This document shows positions 1 to 10,057 of a DNA stretch of 64,000 nucleotides, one piece after another. This DNA comes from Planctomycetota bacterium. GTDB taxonomy: Bacteria > Planctomycetota > PLA2 > JAEUHO01. A program made the position numbers and the translations under genes. The notes under the pieces are model-generated. The model saw only the letters and a program-made list of their open reading frames with translations. It was not told where the DNA came from and searched no databases. The stretch is taken from assembly GCA_965222115.1 (NCBI GenBank), contig CBDCTJ010000003.1, positions 160,001-224,000 on the forward strand, given 5' to 3'. Each line of letters starts with the position of its first letter. Position 1 is the stretch's first letter.

Positions 1-34
1 GTCGATCGCCACAATGGAGTCGGGCATTGCCACC

Positions 35-2445
35 TTAGGATCTCTCCGACTCACTGCGTCTACGCAATCGCAACGAGTTGGAGACTACCAAGAAGCTCGA
101 TAGTGCCATCGCCCCCGCCGCGATGCGGGGATCCAACTTGCCCGCCGCGGCCAAGGGAATAGCGAGGGTGTTGAATCCGAATGCCCACCAGAGATTTTGT
201 CGAATCGTTCGAAGCGTGGCACGTGCAAGTCGGAGTGTTTCGGGCACGCGACGCACGTCGCACGAGACAACACACACGTGTGCAGCCTCCGCGGCCACAT
301 CGGCCGCGTGTCCAAAAGCAATGCCAACATCGGCCGCGACCAAAGCCGGCGCATCGTTTACTCCATCCCCCACCATGGCAACGACGCCGTGAGTGTCTTT
401 CCAATGCTTCACAACCTTCGGTTTGTCGTGCGGCAAGCACTCGGCATGTGCTTCCCCAATTGAAAGCGAACGCGCTACGGCGAGAACGACATCCCGTTGG
501 TCCCCGGACACCACCCCCGTCGCGACGCCCAGCGCATCGAGTGACTTGATGGCCTCGCCCGCTTCGGTGCGCACCGTATCGCGAATGGAAATGCAACCAA
601 TCAATCGATTCTCGCGCGCAACAAGCACGGAGGTTGCGCCCGCGACCACGGCCGCCTGGGTCCACCGGTCGCTAAGTCCTCGATCTTCGACTCCCTGCTC
701 GTCGAGGTAGGCACGGCTGCCAGCGAACACGGTGGCACCCTCAACGATCGCGCGGGCGCCACGGCCGGGTGTGGCGTCAAAGTTCGTTGTTATACGACGC
801 GGTAGGGATGCACGTGCTGCGGCCGACTGAATCGCCCGGGCAAGCGGATGCTCAGACTTGGCTTCGACGCTCGCAGCCAACATTAAAATGCGCCGCTGCT
901 CGTCGTCCCAGTCGCCGGGTGCTCGCTTCCACGATGACGATGAAACTTCGCGCGTGTGAACGTCTACGACCGCGGGCGAACCCGAAGTGAGTGTGCCCGT
1001 CTTGTCAAAGAGCACTCCGCGTACGCGCGCCGCAGTTTCAAGGGAGGCGCCATCGCGAAACAAGATGCCGCGCGACGCAGCCTGCCCCGTGCCGACCACG
1101 ACTGCCGTTGGTGTCGCCAAACCAAGCGCACAGGGACACGAAATCAATAGCACGGCCATGGCCGCGTAAAGCCCGTCTTGCCATCCAGTTTGCGCACTAC
1201 CGAAGAAGCCCCATGCAAGCCATGTAAGCGCAGCAATTGCGATCACCGCGGGGACAAAAACGGCAGCAACGCGGTCTGCCATGCGCGCGATGGGCGTTTC
1301 CGTGGCCTGGGCACGACGAACCCACGCTGCCATGGTTTCAAGCGTGCTTTCGGATACGGGCGCCTCCATCCTCACGTCCAATGAACCCGTACCGTTGGTC
1401 GTCCCGCCGATGACCCATTTACCTTCGTCCTTTGCAACCGGCGCGGATTCACCGGTGAGTAGCGACTCATCCACCGATGACGATCCATCGACGACAACGC
1501 CATCGGCGGGATGCGGGCACCGGGCAGTACACGAACGACGTCGCCCGGGAGCAGTTTGGATCGTCCGATACGTTGCGTTTGCTGCTCTGGATCAACAAGT
1601 AATGCAGACTCAGGTGCAAGGCGTAACAACGCGCCCACAGCGTCGCCCGAAGCGCGCGCGGCCCGCGATTCCAGGAGTCGTCCCAAACACACGAGGGCGA
1701 CAATGACCGCCGGTGCGTCCAGGAACTTGGGCGAACCGTGACGTTGCCAAAGCAAGGTCGCATAGGCCAGTGCCGCAAGGGCTCCAATGGCAACAAGCAC
1801 ATCCATGGTCGCTCGGCGAGCACGTAGCGCCTGAAATGCGCGCAGCAAAATGGGTGCGCCGGCTACGAAAACCGCCACGCATGCGAGCAGAAAGGCGAGG
1901 CGCGGATCGGAAAGAAGTGAGATTGCCGACCACGAATCAAAGAGGCCAACGCTTCGCGCAATAAGAAACAGGGCGATGGGTAACGCAATACACATCGAAC
2001 GAAACCAGCGCTTCGAATCGGCATACAGCAGTCGTTCGCGGGGATCTTCACCCGTGTCAAAGGATGAGGGATCCACGACAAACTCGCGGAGTTGGTTGAG
2101 CACGCTCGGGTCATCAACATGGTGTACCCGCACCACCTCGCCGTCTCGCGTGACGTGATCTACGCCTTCAATGGCCTCGATCGATGAAACCGAGGATGCG
2201 GGCGAAATCGAAAAGGACGTTTCGCGCCGTCCGATGCGATAGCCACCTTTCTGCAGGGCGGCATCTAAGGACGCAAGGGAGACGTCACCGACAATTTCGG
2301 CTCGATGGGATGCCACGCTTACATGGGCTCGATCCACGGCATCTTGACGCTCAATCAATGCCGCCACTGTGGATGCGCAACCCGCGCAGTGCATGCCTTC
2401 GATAGGGAGGCTGCGTCGAATGGGTGGGGATGCATGCACCGGCAT
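35..2445 (-). pseudogene. copA: Heavy-metal (Cu+-type, P1B-1) P-type ATPase, split by an apparent 1-nt deletion near 1507-1510 (real frameshift or assembly error)
   Basis: ORF 1372..2445 has GMHCAGC, TM helices and PGARIP. ORF 35..1474 has DESLLTGES, CPCALGLATP, DKTGTLT, HPL, GDGVNDAP and MALSS. Adding one base at atc-ccg-ccg-atg restores IPADGVVVDGSSSVDESLLTGES. Confidence 0.85.
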
Positions 2446-2558
2446 CCCAAGAGCTTATCCGACCTGCAAGGAATCCAGCTTCTGCGCCTCTGGTTGGCTG
2501 CGCTTGGCGCGACTTCGGGTACCTTGACGCCAGCCTTGACCAACAAAGAAGGAAGCCC

Positions 2559-3449
2559 GTGAGCCAGCGCACCCTGTACGAGATCTTGGGCGTCCGAAAC
2601 GACGCCGCGGAGTCAGAGATTCGCGCGGCCTATCGCAAACTGGCCATTCGTTTTCACCCGGACAAGAATCCGGGGGACAAACACGCCGAAGAACGGTTCA
2701 AGGAACTGTCCGAGGCCTACGAGGTGCTCTCCGATCCGCAAAAACGAGCGGCGTATGATCAGCGCCTCAGTGGTGGCGGTGGACCGGTTGACTTCAGCGA
2801 TCTGTTTTCGGGCATGGGTGGATTGTCGATTGAAGACATCTTGCGACGGCACGGTGATTTGTTCGGCGGGTTTGACGGCATCTACGGCGGAGAAACGCGG
2901 GCACGGCGACGCGGGTTTGATACGAAGGCCGACATCGAAGTTGACTTTGTCAAAGCCGCCAAAGGCGGGTCGATTGAACTCAACTTAAAGACACCGTCTC
3001 TTCAATCGCCCACGGGTCAAACAAAGAAAGTTGAAGTCCGCATTCCCCCGGGCACGCGAAACGGCGATACGTTGCGACTCAAAGGCATGGGGCAAACCGC
3101 ACCGCGCGGCGGCAATGCGGGTGATCTGCGACTAACGATCCGAGTGGCGCCAAGTCCTTATTTCAAACGTCAAGGCGATAAGGTCTTGGTCGATCTTGAA
3201 GTCCCGCTTCATGTGGCCGCACTGGGCGGGCATGTACGCGTGCGCACACTCGACGGTGAGGGTCGGTTGCGCGTTCCCGCGGGGACACAGTCGGGCGCCA
3301 AGTTACGCATTAAGGGCAAGGGTATTCGTGGTGACGACATGCTGGCGCGTGTCTTGATTCAGCTACCAGATCCGATGACGCCGGAGCACACAGCACTATT
3401 CGAGCAGCTAAAACTCCTCGCTGAAGGTGAGGAAACGCCGTCTACTTAG
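2559..3449 (+). CDS. DnaJ-class co-chaperone without zinc finger (CbpA-like)
   Basis: J domain with HPD (RFHPDKNPGD), G/F-rich linker, DnaJ C-terminal domains, no CxxCxGxG repeats. GTG start follows AAGGAAG. Confidence 0.9.
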   Translation: MSQRTLYEILGVRNDAAESEIRAAYRKLAIRFHPDKNPGDKHAEERFKELSEAYEVLSDPQKRAAYDQRLSGGGGPVDFSDLFSGMGGLSIEDILRRHGDLFGGFDGIYGGETRARRRGFDTKADIEVDFVKAAKGGSIELNLKTPSLQSPTGQTKKVEVRIPPGTRNGDTLRLKGMGQTAPRGGNAGDLRLTIRVAPSPYFKRQGDKVLVDLEVPLHVAALGGHVRVRTLDGEGRLRVPAGTQSGAKLRIKGKGIRGDDMLARVLIQLPDPMTPEHTALFEQLKLLAEGEETPST

Positions 3450-5550
3450 GCGACACCTCAAAGTGCAAGGGTGCTCCATCCAAATGAGCTGTTGAACATC
3501 CAAAGTGAGTCATAACGGTGGCGGCTATGTCCCGTACGTGTGCCTTTCGGCTCGCCTTGAACGATTGCAGTGGACGATTGGTAAGCAACACACCCGGAAC
3601 CAGCGAGGGGTCACAACTGCAGTGGTCTCCTGACCATGCACGCTCGTTGGGTTCAATTACGGGATGGCCCCCAGCGCTACGCATACCTCCGAGCAAGGCG
3701 GTTTGCCACGACACGCGGTAGCCTCGCGCAAAGCCCACTTGGAGATCGGGTGCATTCGCCAACAGGGGGCCGTAGTAGTGATCGTGCAAGCGGTACACCT
3801 TGTGAACGGGGGATCGTGAAATCGAGGATTGTTCGCCGATGAGTGGGTTCTTTAGCGCACGCAACTTAGTTTGAATCTCATCCATGAGTGCATCCACGTC
3901 GTTGCCCTCGACGATTCCCCGTGATTCCCGACCGGCGCGGTTGATGTAGATCTGACCAAGCCCCATGGCGTAGGCACGTGTCTTGCTCCAGTCGACTGCA
4001 TCTTCGGGACGCGCGTCGCGGAAGAACGCGCCCAGCGACTTCGCGCCGGGTGCGTCGCGGAGCACCATGTAGCCCTCATTCACAAGCCATTGATTAAGGT
4101 TTACCGCATAGCGCCACGTGGCAAATCCGTGATCCGAACACACGATGAGTGTGTCACCCGGATCAATTGCTCGTTCCACTGCTGCAATGTATTCGTCTGC
4201 ATGACGCAGCACCCTTAGGTAGGGATCGCCATCCAACGTGAGTTTCGCGGTCTGTCGCGCCGGATGGTCTTCGTCCAAATAGCGATAGAAACAGTGGGCA
4301 GCGCGATCGGTGGCGGTCACGGTCATGAACACGAGCCGTGCCTCGGGCTTGCGTCGCAGTTCGCCCAGAAGTTGGGCGCGAGAAATGTCCATATCCTCCA
4401 GCAAGTCTTCGAGGAATCCCGCATCGTCCTGCCAACCGTCATTGAGTTGAAAGGTCTGCTCTTGCCAGCCCACGGTTTCGAAGGGACCGTAGTTTGACTG
4501 GAGCTCCGTCGCGTACGTATCGGGCGTGCTAATGGGCATGGGCGTGTGCCCGGGGCGCATATTGACTGCCTCGGTAACCACAACGAGGGGTTCGATGCTT
4601 CGTACATTGAAGCGAACGACGCCATGCACGGTATGCGCTGGAATCGTAGACAGTTTGAATACGACGCGGAAGTGTCCGCTGCGAGTGGGTCGTCCGTCGC
4701 GCATCTGAATGCGCTCTGTTTCGCCGTTGACATCGATATCTAGAACTCGCGCACCGGGCGTTACGCGAAACGTCAAGGGCAGGCGTGCGTGGCGCAACTC
4801 GCCCGACTCACCGCGCGCTTTCGCTGGGTCTGGAGGCCCTTCCAAATAGGTTTCGAAGGTGACCCCACCGTCGTTTGACGAGAGAGGGATGCGGCGCCCC
4901 CCCATCTCCGTTTCACCGGCGAAAAACCCAGCTTGATTGGAATAGACGGCGTAGAAACCCGCTGATCCGGCAATGTCGGGCGTACCCAGTCCACTCGTCA
5001 TCCACGCACCAGGCCGCGCGGGCGTAGGAAAGTTGAGCGACTGGCGCAGCGAGAGTACGGGGTATCCCGCTTGCCAAACCACATCACTAAACGTGGGCGC
5101 CTTCAGTCGCGACGCTACGCGGGGCGGACGGATCGGGACCCTTCCTAGTGCTAGCCGCGCTCGCTGAACGGACACCATGCCGTTCTGCGGTCGATAGTTT
5201 AGATCGCGCGTAACAAAGTCGAAGATGCCGTGTCGTCCAGGATTCACACCCGTTTGAAGCGACGCCAATGCGACCGGCGACTCCGGCGGCAACTCACTCT
5301 CAAGCGGCTCGAACGCGCCCTTCTTTGCAAGGGCGGAAAAGGTCGGCAGATCGCCCCGCTCCATGGCCTCTTTGGTGAGTCGATAGTCGAGACCATCAAG
5401 CACAATCACAACCATGCGCCCGATCGACTTGGCATCATCCGCAGGCGCGGGCTGCCGCACCGCCATCGTGGTTCGAAATGCCCCCGCAAACATCCACGTC
5501 GTGGCCGCGATGCCAATCAAACTCAAGATTTTGAGACGCCATCCGCTCAC
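3442..5550 (-). CDS. Alkaline phosphatase superfamily (type I phosphodiesterase/nucleotide pyrophosphatase-like) protein with N-terminal anchor
   Basis: VLDGLD, PPESPVA..TGVNPGRHGIFDF, CSDHGF and WSGDH motifs. Start is uncertain; I chose GTG 5550 because GAGGAA lies upstream. Confidence 0.85.
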   Translation of the reverse strand: MSGWRLKILSLIGIAATTWMFAGAFRTTMAVRQPAPADDAKSIGRMVVIVLDGLDYRLTKEAMERGDLPTFSALAKKGAFEPLESELPPESPVALASLQTGVNPGRHGIFDFVTRDLNYRPQNGMVSVQRARLALGRVPIRPPRVASRLKAPTFSDVVWQAGYPVLSLRQSLNFPTPARPGAWMTSGLGTPDIAGSAGFYAVYSNQAGFFAGETEMGGRRIPLSSNDGGVTFETYLEGPPDPAKARGESGELRHARLPLTFRVTPGARVLDIDVNGETERIQMRDGRPTRSGHFRVVFKLSTIPAHTVHGVVRFNVRSIEPLVVVTEAVNMRPGHTPMPISTPDTYATELQSNYGPFETVGWQEQTFQLNDGWQDDAGFLEDLLEDMDISRAQLLGELRRKPEARLVFMTVTATDRAAHCFYRYLDEDHPARQTAKLTLDGDPYLRVLRHADEYIAAVERAIDPGDTLIVCSDHGFATWRYAVNLNQWLVNEGYMVLRDAPGAKSLGAFFRDARPEDAVDWSKTRAYAMGLGQIYINRAGRESRGIVEGNDVDALMDEIQTKLRALKNPLIGEQSSISRSPVHKVYRLHDHYYGPLLANAPDLQVGFARGYRVSWQTALLGGMRSAGGHPVIEPNERAWSGDHCSCDPSLVPGVLLTNRPLQSFKASRKAHVRDIAATVMTHFGCSTAHLDGAPLHFEVSPK

Positions 5551-5667
5551 CGCGTAGATTCCTCGCATCAACTGCGTAAGAATCTCACACACCTATCATG
5601 CGCGTGTCCACCAACCCCCTTCCGATTCCCAAACATGCCCGAAAACCAGCCACTCCACGCGGCGCTC

Positions 5668-5676
5668 TGTTAGGCT
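5668..5676 (+). promoter_or_regulatory. Putative extended -10 element (TGnTAGGCT) for the tRNA locus
   Basis: TGTTAGGCT ends 10 nt before the first tRNA-like sequence at 5687. Confidence 0.4.
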
Positions 5677-5686
5677 CCCCTCCCCC

Positions 5687-5787
5687 GGGCGCATAGCTCA
5701 GTTCTTCGCCACCGGTGCTGCTTTAGCTGCATGAGGAGCCGAGCCTGCGCAGGCTCCGAAAGGTGGGGCAGGAATCAAGTCGCGCCT
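5687..5787 (+). repeat. tRNA-Val 5' fragment fused to a 69-nt structured element (copy 1, 5704-5772) and a degenerate T-arm/acceptor end
   Basis: GGGCGCATAGCTCAG is identical to the tRNA 5' end. The element matches copy 2 at 66/69 nt. It ends CAGGAATCAAGTCGCGCC, resembling the tRNA 3' end. Confidence 0.85.
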
Positions 5788-5828
5788 GGACACTGCCAGT
5801 GTCTGACTGTAAACACCATCCAAAGATC

Positions 5829-5905
5829 GGGCGCATAGCTCAGCCGGCTAGAGCGCATGCTTCACACGCATGAGGTCACAGGTTCAAGTCCTGTTGCGCC
5901 CACCA
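5829..5905 (+). tRNA. tRNA-Val(CAC)
   Basis: GGGCGCA/TGCGCCC acceptor stem, TAGCTCAG D arm, CATGC-TTCACAC-GCATG anticodon arm, GGTTCAAGTCC T arm, encoded CCA. Confidence 0.97.
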
Positions 5906-5921
5906 CTCTCAACGCCCCGAC

Positions 5922-6029
5922 GCTTCACACGCACGAGCTTCGCCACCGGTGCTGCTTTAGCAGCATGAGGAGCCGAGCTAGCGCAGGCTCCGAAAGGTGG
6001 GGCAGGTTCAAGTCCTGTTGCGCCCACCA
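5922..6029 (+). repeat. tRNA-Val 3' fragment with the 69-nt element (copy 2, 5938-6006) in the variable-loop position
   Basis: GCTTCACACGCACGAG (anticodon-loop copy), then the element, then an exact CAGGTTCAAGTCCTGTTGCGCCCACCA tRNA end. Confidence 0.85.
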
Positions 6030-6177
6030 ATTTCTTCGGAGCAAACCTCCCGAAACGCGGAACGGCTTCCTCGTTCTTCTCGAACTTGAACCTGTGTCCC
6101 GCCACACTCTGCGAGAATCATGCCTCCCTTCGAATGCTCGCTTGTCAATCAACATCCCGAAACCAGGAGTCGCCCTC

Positions 6178-6540
6178 ATGATCAAGTTCGTCATGTGCCT
6201 GCACCGCAACCCGAGTCTCACGCGCGCAGAGTTTCTGGACTACTGGCAAAACAAGCATGCCCCCTTGTTTAACTCGTTCGCGGACACGCACAACGCAAAA
6301 CGGTATGTACAGGATCACACACTCGAATCGCCGATGAACGAGTTCCTCCGTGAGTCGAGGGGCATGGTTGAGGCGTATGACGGCATTGCCCACGTTTGGT
6401 TTGAATCGGAGCAAGCATTTGTGGATGCAATGAGCTCGGAAGCAGGGCAGAAGCTCGGCGCGATTCTCCACGAAGACGAATCAACGTTCATCGATCACGC
6501 TCGGTCAACGGCCTTCCTTGCTAAGGAAGTTGAAGTCTGA
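6178..6540 (+). CDS. EthD domain-containing protein
   Basis: MIKFV..R.P.LTRAEFLDYW..KHAPL, YDGIAHVWFES, DE..FID. AGGAG RBS. Confidence 0.88.
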   Translation: MIKFVMCLHRNPSLTRAEFLDYWQNKHAPLFNSFADTHNAKRYVQDHTLESPMNEFLRESRGMVEAYDGIAHVWFESEQAFVDAMSSEAGQKLGAILHEDESTFIDHARSTAFLAKEVEV

Positions 6541-6661
6541 ACTGAATCTCTCGCAGTCGGCATTCACGTTCGATCACGGTACATCGACGGTGTTAGCCAC
6601 GATTTGCGAAGTTAGGGAACCGGCCGAGCGTGAACCATGGGGCAACGTCTCACGCCCCACC

Positions 6662-8623
6662 TCAAGGCCCCACCCCAACTCGCCCCTTGATCGCGGCCCC
6701 AATGTTCTCCAACAACACACTCACTTGAACCGGCTTATGCAGCACACCAGCCAACCCTGCTCCCTGAAAACGATCGAGAATGTCCTGCTCGGCAAAGCCA
6801 CTGATCAGAATCACAGGCACGTCTTCTCGGATCTTTCGAAGCTGCGCGAACACCTCCTCGCCGTCCAAGTCAGGCATGCTCAGATCCAGCAAGATTGCGT
6901 CGATACAATCGGCATGTTTGGCGAATGACGCGATGGCTTCCCTGCCGTCGCTGGCCGCGACGACGTCGTACCCGCCACTCTTGAGCATGCGCGAATGGAT
7001 GTCACGAACAGCGCGTTCATCGTCCACGACGAGAACACAATTTTCGCGAGTAAGGACTTGTGACGCTGCGGGCGTGGGCGATTCATCGGTCGGCGGGAGT
7101 TTGCGCGGGAGGATCACCGTAAAGGTGGTTCCTTCGCCGACGGTGCTATCTACAGAAATCGCACCCCCATGACTTCGCAGAATGCCTTGCACCGAAGCCA
7201 AACCGAGGCCACGCCCGGTTGGCTTTGTTGTGAAGAAGGGCTCAAAGATCTTTGCCTGCGTCTCAGCATTCATGCCCATGCCCGTGTCTTGAACCTGGAT
7301 TTCCACGTACTCGCGTTCGCCCAAGTCGTCGAGTGGGTGCGATCGCCGCAGCTGCTCCTCGCGTAGGAAACAGGCGCGCGTACGCACGCTCACTCGTCCA
7401 GATGCCGTGCCGATGGCATCCGACGCATTGGTGATGAGGTTCATAACAACTTGGCGCAGCTGACCACAATCCGCTACGACACCCAGCGGCTCGTCCGACA
7501 AGTCGAACTCAAGCGTGACTTTCTTAGGCACCGATACCAGGAGCAGTTCAGAAATCTCTTTCACCAGTTGCGTGCAGTCTATGTGTTCCGTCGTGCGCGC
7601 GCCGCGCCCGGCGTAGTTCAGCATTTGATTGCAGAGTCCCGTGGCAATCGAGCTTGCACTCACGATCTCCTTTAGACTCTCGCTGACACGACTGTCCGTA
7701 CCAAGTTCCGCAATCGCCAACTCTGCATTCCCTAGAATCACCGCCAGGAGGTTATTGAAGTCGTGGGCGATGCCGCCAGCAAGCACGCCAACAGCACGAA
7801 CGGTTGTTGCTCGGCGCAACTGCTCTTCAAGTCGGTCCCGCTCGATCGCAAGCCCCACCATGCGGGCCGCAATCTCAAGCATATTCATCTCATTGAGCTG
7901 AGGTGCCCGCGGGGCATCGTTGTAGAGCGCCATCGCGCCAAGCACGTCGCCGTTGTTGGACGCCGTAATTGGCACGGACCAACACGACCGAACGCCCGCT
8001 ATCGCCGCGGCCTCGCGCAAGTCTTTCCAAAGCGGATCTCGATTGATGTCCTCGACGACGACGGGGACATTCCAATAGGCTGCGGTGCCGCACGAGCCCA
8101 CGGTGGGGCCAATATGAAGTCCATGAACAGCCTTGTTGTACTCATCGGGCAAGCTCGGACCGGCACCAACCAAAACGCGCGTCGCATCTTCATCCACGAG
8201 CAGGATCGAACACCGCAACCCTTCGGCATTGGCTTCAAGGGTGCGTGCCATTTCCTTGAGCGTGTCGGTGAGCGTTGAATGCACCAAAGGAACACCCAAT
8301 TCGGGAACCCGGAGCTGAGATTCCTGCTCCAAGACCGGCAACCCAAGCGCGACCTGCTTGCCTTCGTGAGCACACACCCGCCACTCCAGATTCCGCCAGG
8401 CATCGTGGCCTGTCCGGTGACGGGAGCGCAGGCTTCCCTCACCTCGTGCTAACCACGAATCGAACTGTTGCTGGTCTTCAGGATGAATCCACTCGCGGAG
8501 AGGCGCGTCCGCGAGCTGCTGATGGGTCAGGCCCAGTTCTTCTTCGAACTCGGCGTTGATGCGGAGGAAAGCTCCATGACCCGGCGAGCGCAGAATCATG
8601 GGCCTTGAGGATAATGAGGACAT
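6662..8623 (-). CDS. Hybrid sensor histidine kinase (PAS-GAF-HisKA-HATPase-REC)
   Basis: WIHPED PAS, GSCGTAAY GAF, GGIAHDFNNLL H-box, NLITNA, DTGMGM, FEPFFTTK, GRGLGLA, receiver VVDDE..LLDLSMP..KP. Confidence 0.93.
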   Translation of the reverse strand: MSSLSSRPMILRSPGHGAFLRINAEFEEELGLTHQQLADAPLREWIHPEDQQQFDSWLARGEGSLRSRHRTGHDAWRNLEWRVCAHEGKQVALGLPVLEQESQLRVPELGVPLVHSTLTDTLKEMARTLEANAEGLRCSILLVDEDATRVLVGAGPSLPDEYNKAVHGLHIGPTVGSCGTAAYWNVPVVVEDINRDPLWKDLREAAAIAGVRSCWSVPITASNNGDVLGAMALYNDAPRAPQLNEMNMLEIAARMVGLAIERDRLEEQLRRATTVRAVGVLAGGIAHDFNNLLAVILGNAELAIAELGTDSRVSESLKEIVSASSIATGLCNQMLNYAGRGARTTEHIDCTQLVKEISELLLVSVPKKVTLEFDLSDEPLGVVADCGQLRQVVMNLITNASDAIGTASGRVSVRTRACFLREEQLRRSHPLDDLGEREYVEIQVQDTGMGMNAETQAKIFEPFFTTKPTGRGLGLASVQGILRSHGGAISVDSTVGEGTTFTVILPRKLPPTDESPTPAASQVLTRENCVLVVDDERAVRDIHSRMLKSGGYDVVAASDGREAIASFAKHADCIDAILLDLSMPDLDGEEVFAQLRKIREDVPVILISGFAEQDILDRFQGAGLAGVLHKPVQVSVLLENIGAAIKGRVGVGP

Positions 8624-8858
8624 GAAACAACCTACCAAATTGAGCGATGGGAATGCCTGGGGCGGCGTACGAACCGACGGATCAAATCTGAGTATGACCC
8701 ACGTTCGGTCTTGCGGCCAATCGCGAATTAGATAGGCGTTCCCCCGCAGATTCACGCCGCGAGGGAACTGTGTGTGTTAGCAGGTTTCTCAGAGTCTTCG
8801 GCCCAAGTGCAGCGCGAAACGGACACCATTTCACCTGACTCGCGACGCATGCGACTGC

Positions 8859-9815
8859 TCAGTTATTGACGCTCCCGCGCGTTTCCACGAAGGGTTGATC
8901 GCCGAGTAGCCCAATACCCATGACGGCGAGTGAACGCGTGTTGGCGTCATACTCCCTGGGGCTCCTGACTACGCGAAACAAGGTTTCGCGCACGCGCGCA
9001 AGTTCGGTCACCGAAAGCTGGCGATGCTTGCTGCTACGACGCAAGTTCCCAAGGCCAAGCACAGCGCACTGCTTGATGAGCTGCGACTCCTTGCGCCCTA
9101 GGCCACTCAGGATTTGCTCTACATGAGTCGGTGACGAAGCGAGTTTGCCGGCGGCGATAAACGCGGCGGGGCGAACATTGGATCGACCGTCTTGATTTCG
9201 CCTCATCGCCCACATAAGTGTGTCCATGAGATCTGTACGGACGAGCGCATCCATCGCGTGACCTGCATCAGAGCGATTCACTGTGTCATTTCCACCGATT
9301 TGAAACAGTGGATTCTGTGATGTGACGCGGGTATAGAGCGAACGCTTCAGGTTCTCGATGCGCGCATTGTTGTGTTTGTACCAGTTCAGCCATGAACTTG
9401 GATCGCGCGTAGCGTTTTTCGCACCTTTCGGCCCGCCAGCGGGTCCGGCCGGGCCGCCCGCGCCGGCGTCTCCCGCGCCACCCTTATTCGGTGGCGGAGG
9501 CGTAGGCGGTGGATTTCCGGAACCCGTGCCCCCGGATGTGCCGCCACCTCTCTTTTGAGGAGTCCCACTTGACGTCGTGGGCCCGGGCGGCACGGGGGTT
9601 AGGGCGCCCACCGAACCATTGCCGGCATTTGAACCGCTCACGGCGGCTGGACTACCTCGTAGTCAGATTACGGCGCCAGGAGGGAAATTGGGTGTTGCGG
9701 ACGTCCCCGAGAAGTGCACGGGAAGCGTCATCCCGGCCTCTGCTGGACTGGCGCTGGTGGGTGCGCATGCGAGTGCAAGGAGGGCGGCGGATGCTGCTAT
9801 GGCGACGTGTTTCAT
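8859..9815 (-). pseudogene. Secreted Gly/Pro-rich, HEAT-like protein with an in-frame TGA at 9663-9665; probably also C-terminally truncated
   Basis: RBS and ATG 9815 give a signal peptide (MKHVAIAASAALLALAC..AEA). The same frame continues past the TGA into ORF 8859..9641 (PPPTPPPP, W..WY..N, HEAT-like helices). Confidence 0.6.
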
Positions 9816-10057
9816 GGAATCTCCCGAGCGTGAATGTCGATGGGGACGTGGATAAGGGAGCATGAGCAGTGCCAATGAACATCGACGACTCTTGGGGCAC
9901 GGCCCCATCGAGTTGCACGCATAAAATGGAGGTTTCACGAACGTGTGGCGCGAGCGTAACAGATCGAACCGTAACCGGCATGCATCCGCGATGGCACCTG
10001 GTGGTAGCAACCGCGCTAAGTGAGGAGCCTTACGCAGCGCCAGGACTGTACTCGATC

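Noticed and set aside
1490-1525. Programmed ribosomal frameshift as in E. coli copA
   Set aside because: The break is in the actuator domain rather than after the metal-binding domain, and no slippery heptamer is visible.
2522-2540. CCTTGAC direct repeat between copA and the DnaJ-class gene as a CueR, HspR or CIRCE operator
   Set aside because: It is a short direct repeat without the inverted symmetry those operators need.
5704-6006. Hammerhead ribozyme reading of the 69-nt element (AUGA-stem-GAAA)
   Set aside because: It lacks an exact CUGANGA, and the position needing U-H after the CCACC strand is GG. Only half the core matches.
5687-6029. CRISPR array
   Set aside because: There are only two 69-nt copies, separated by a tRNA, and no cas genes in the window.
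5857-6177. N-terminal extension of the EthD ORF
   Set aside because: It overlaps the tRNA and repeat. The RBS and family-like start are at 6178.
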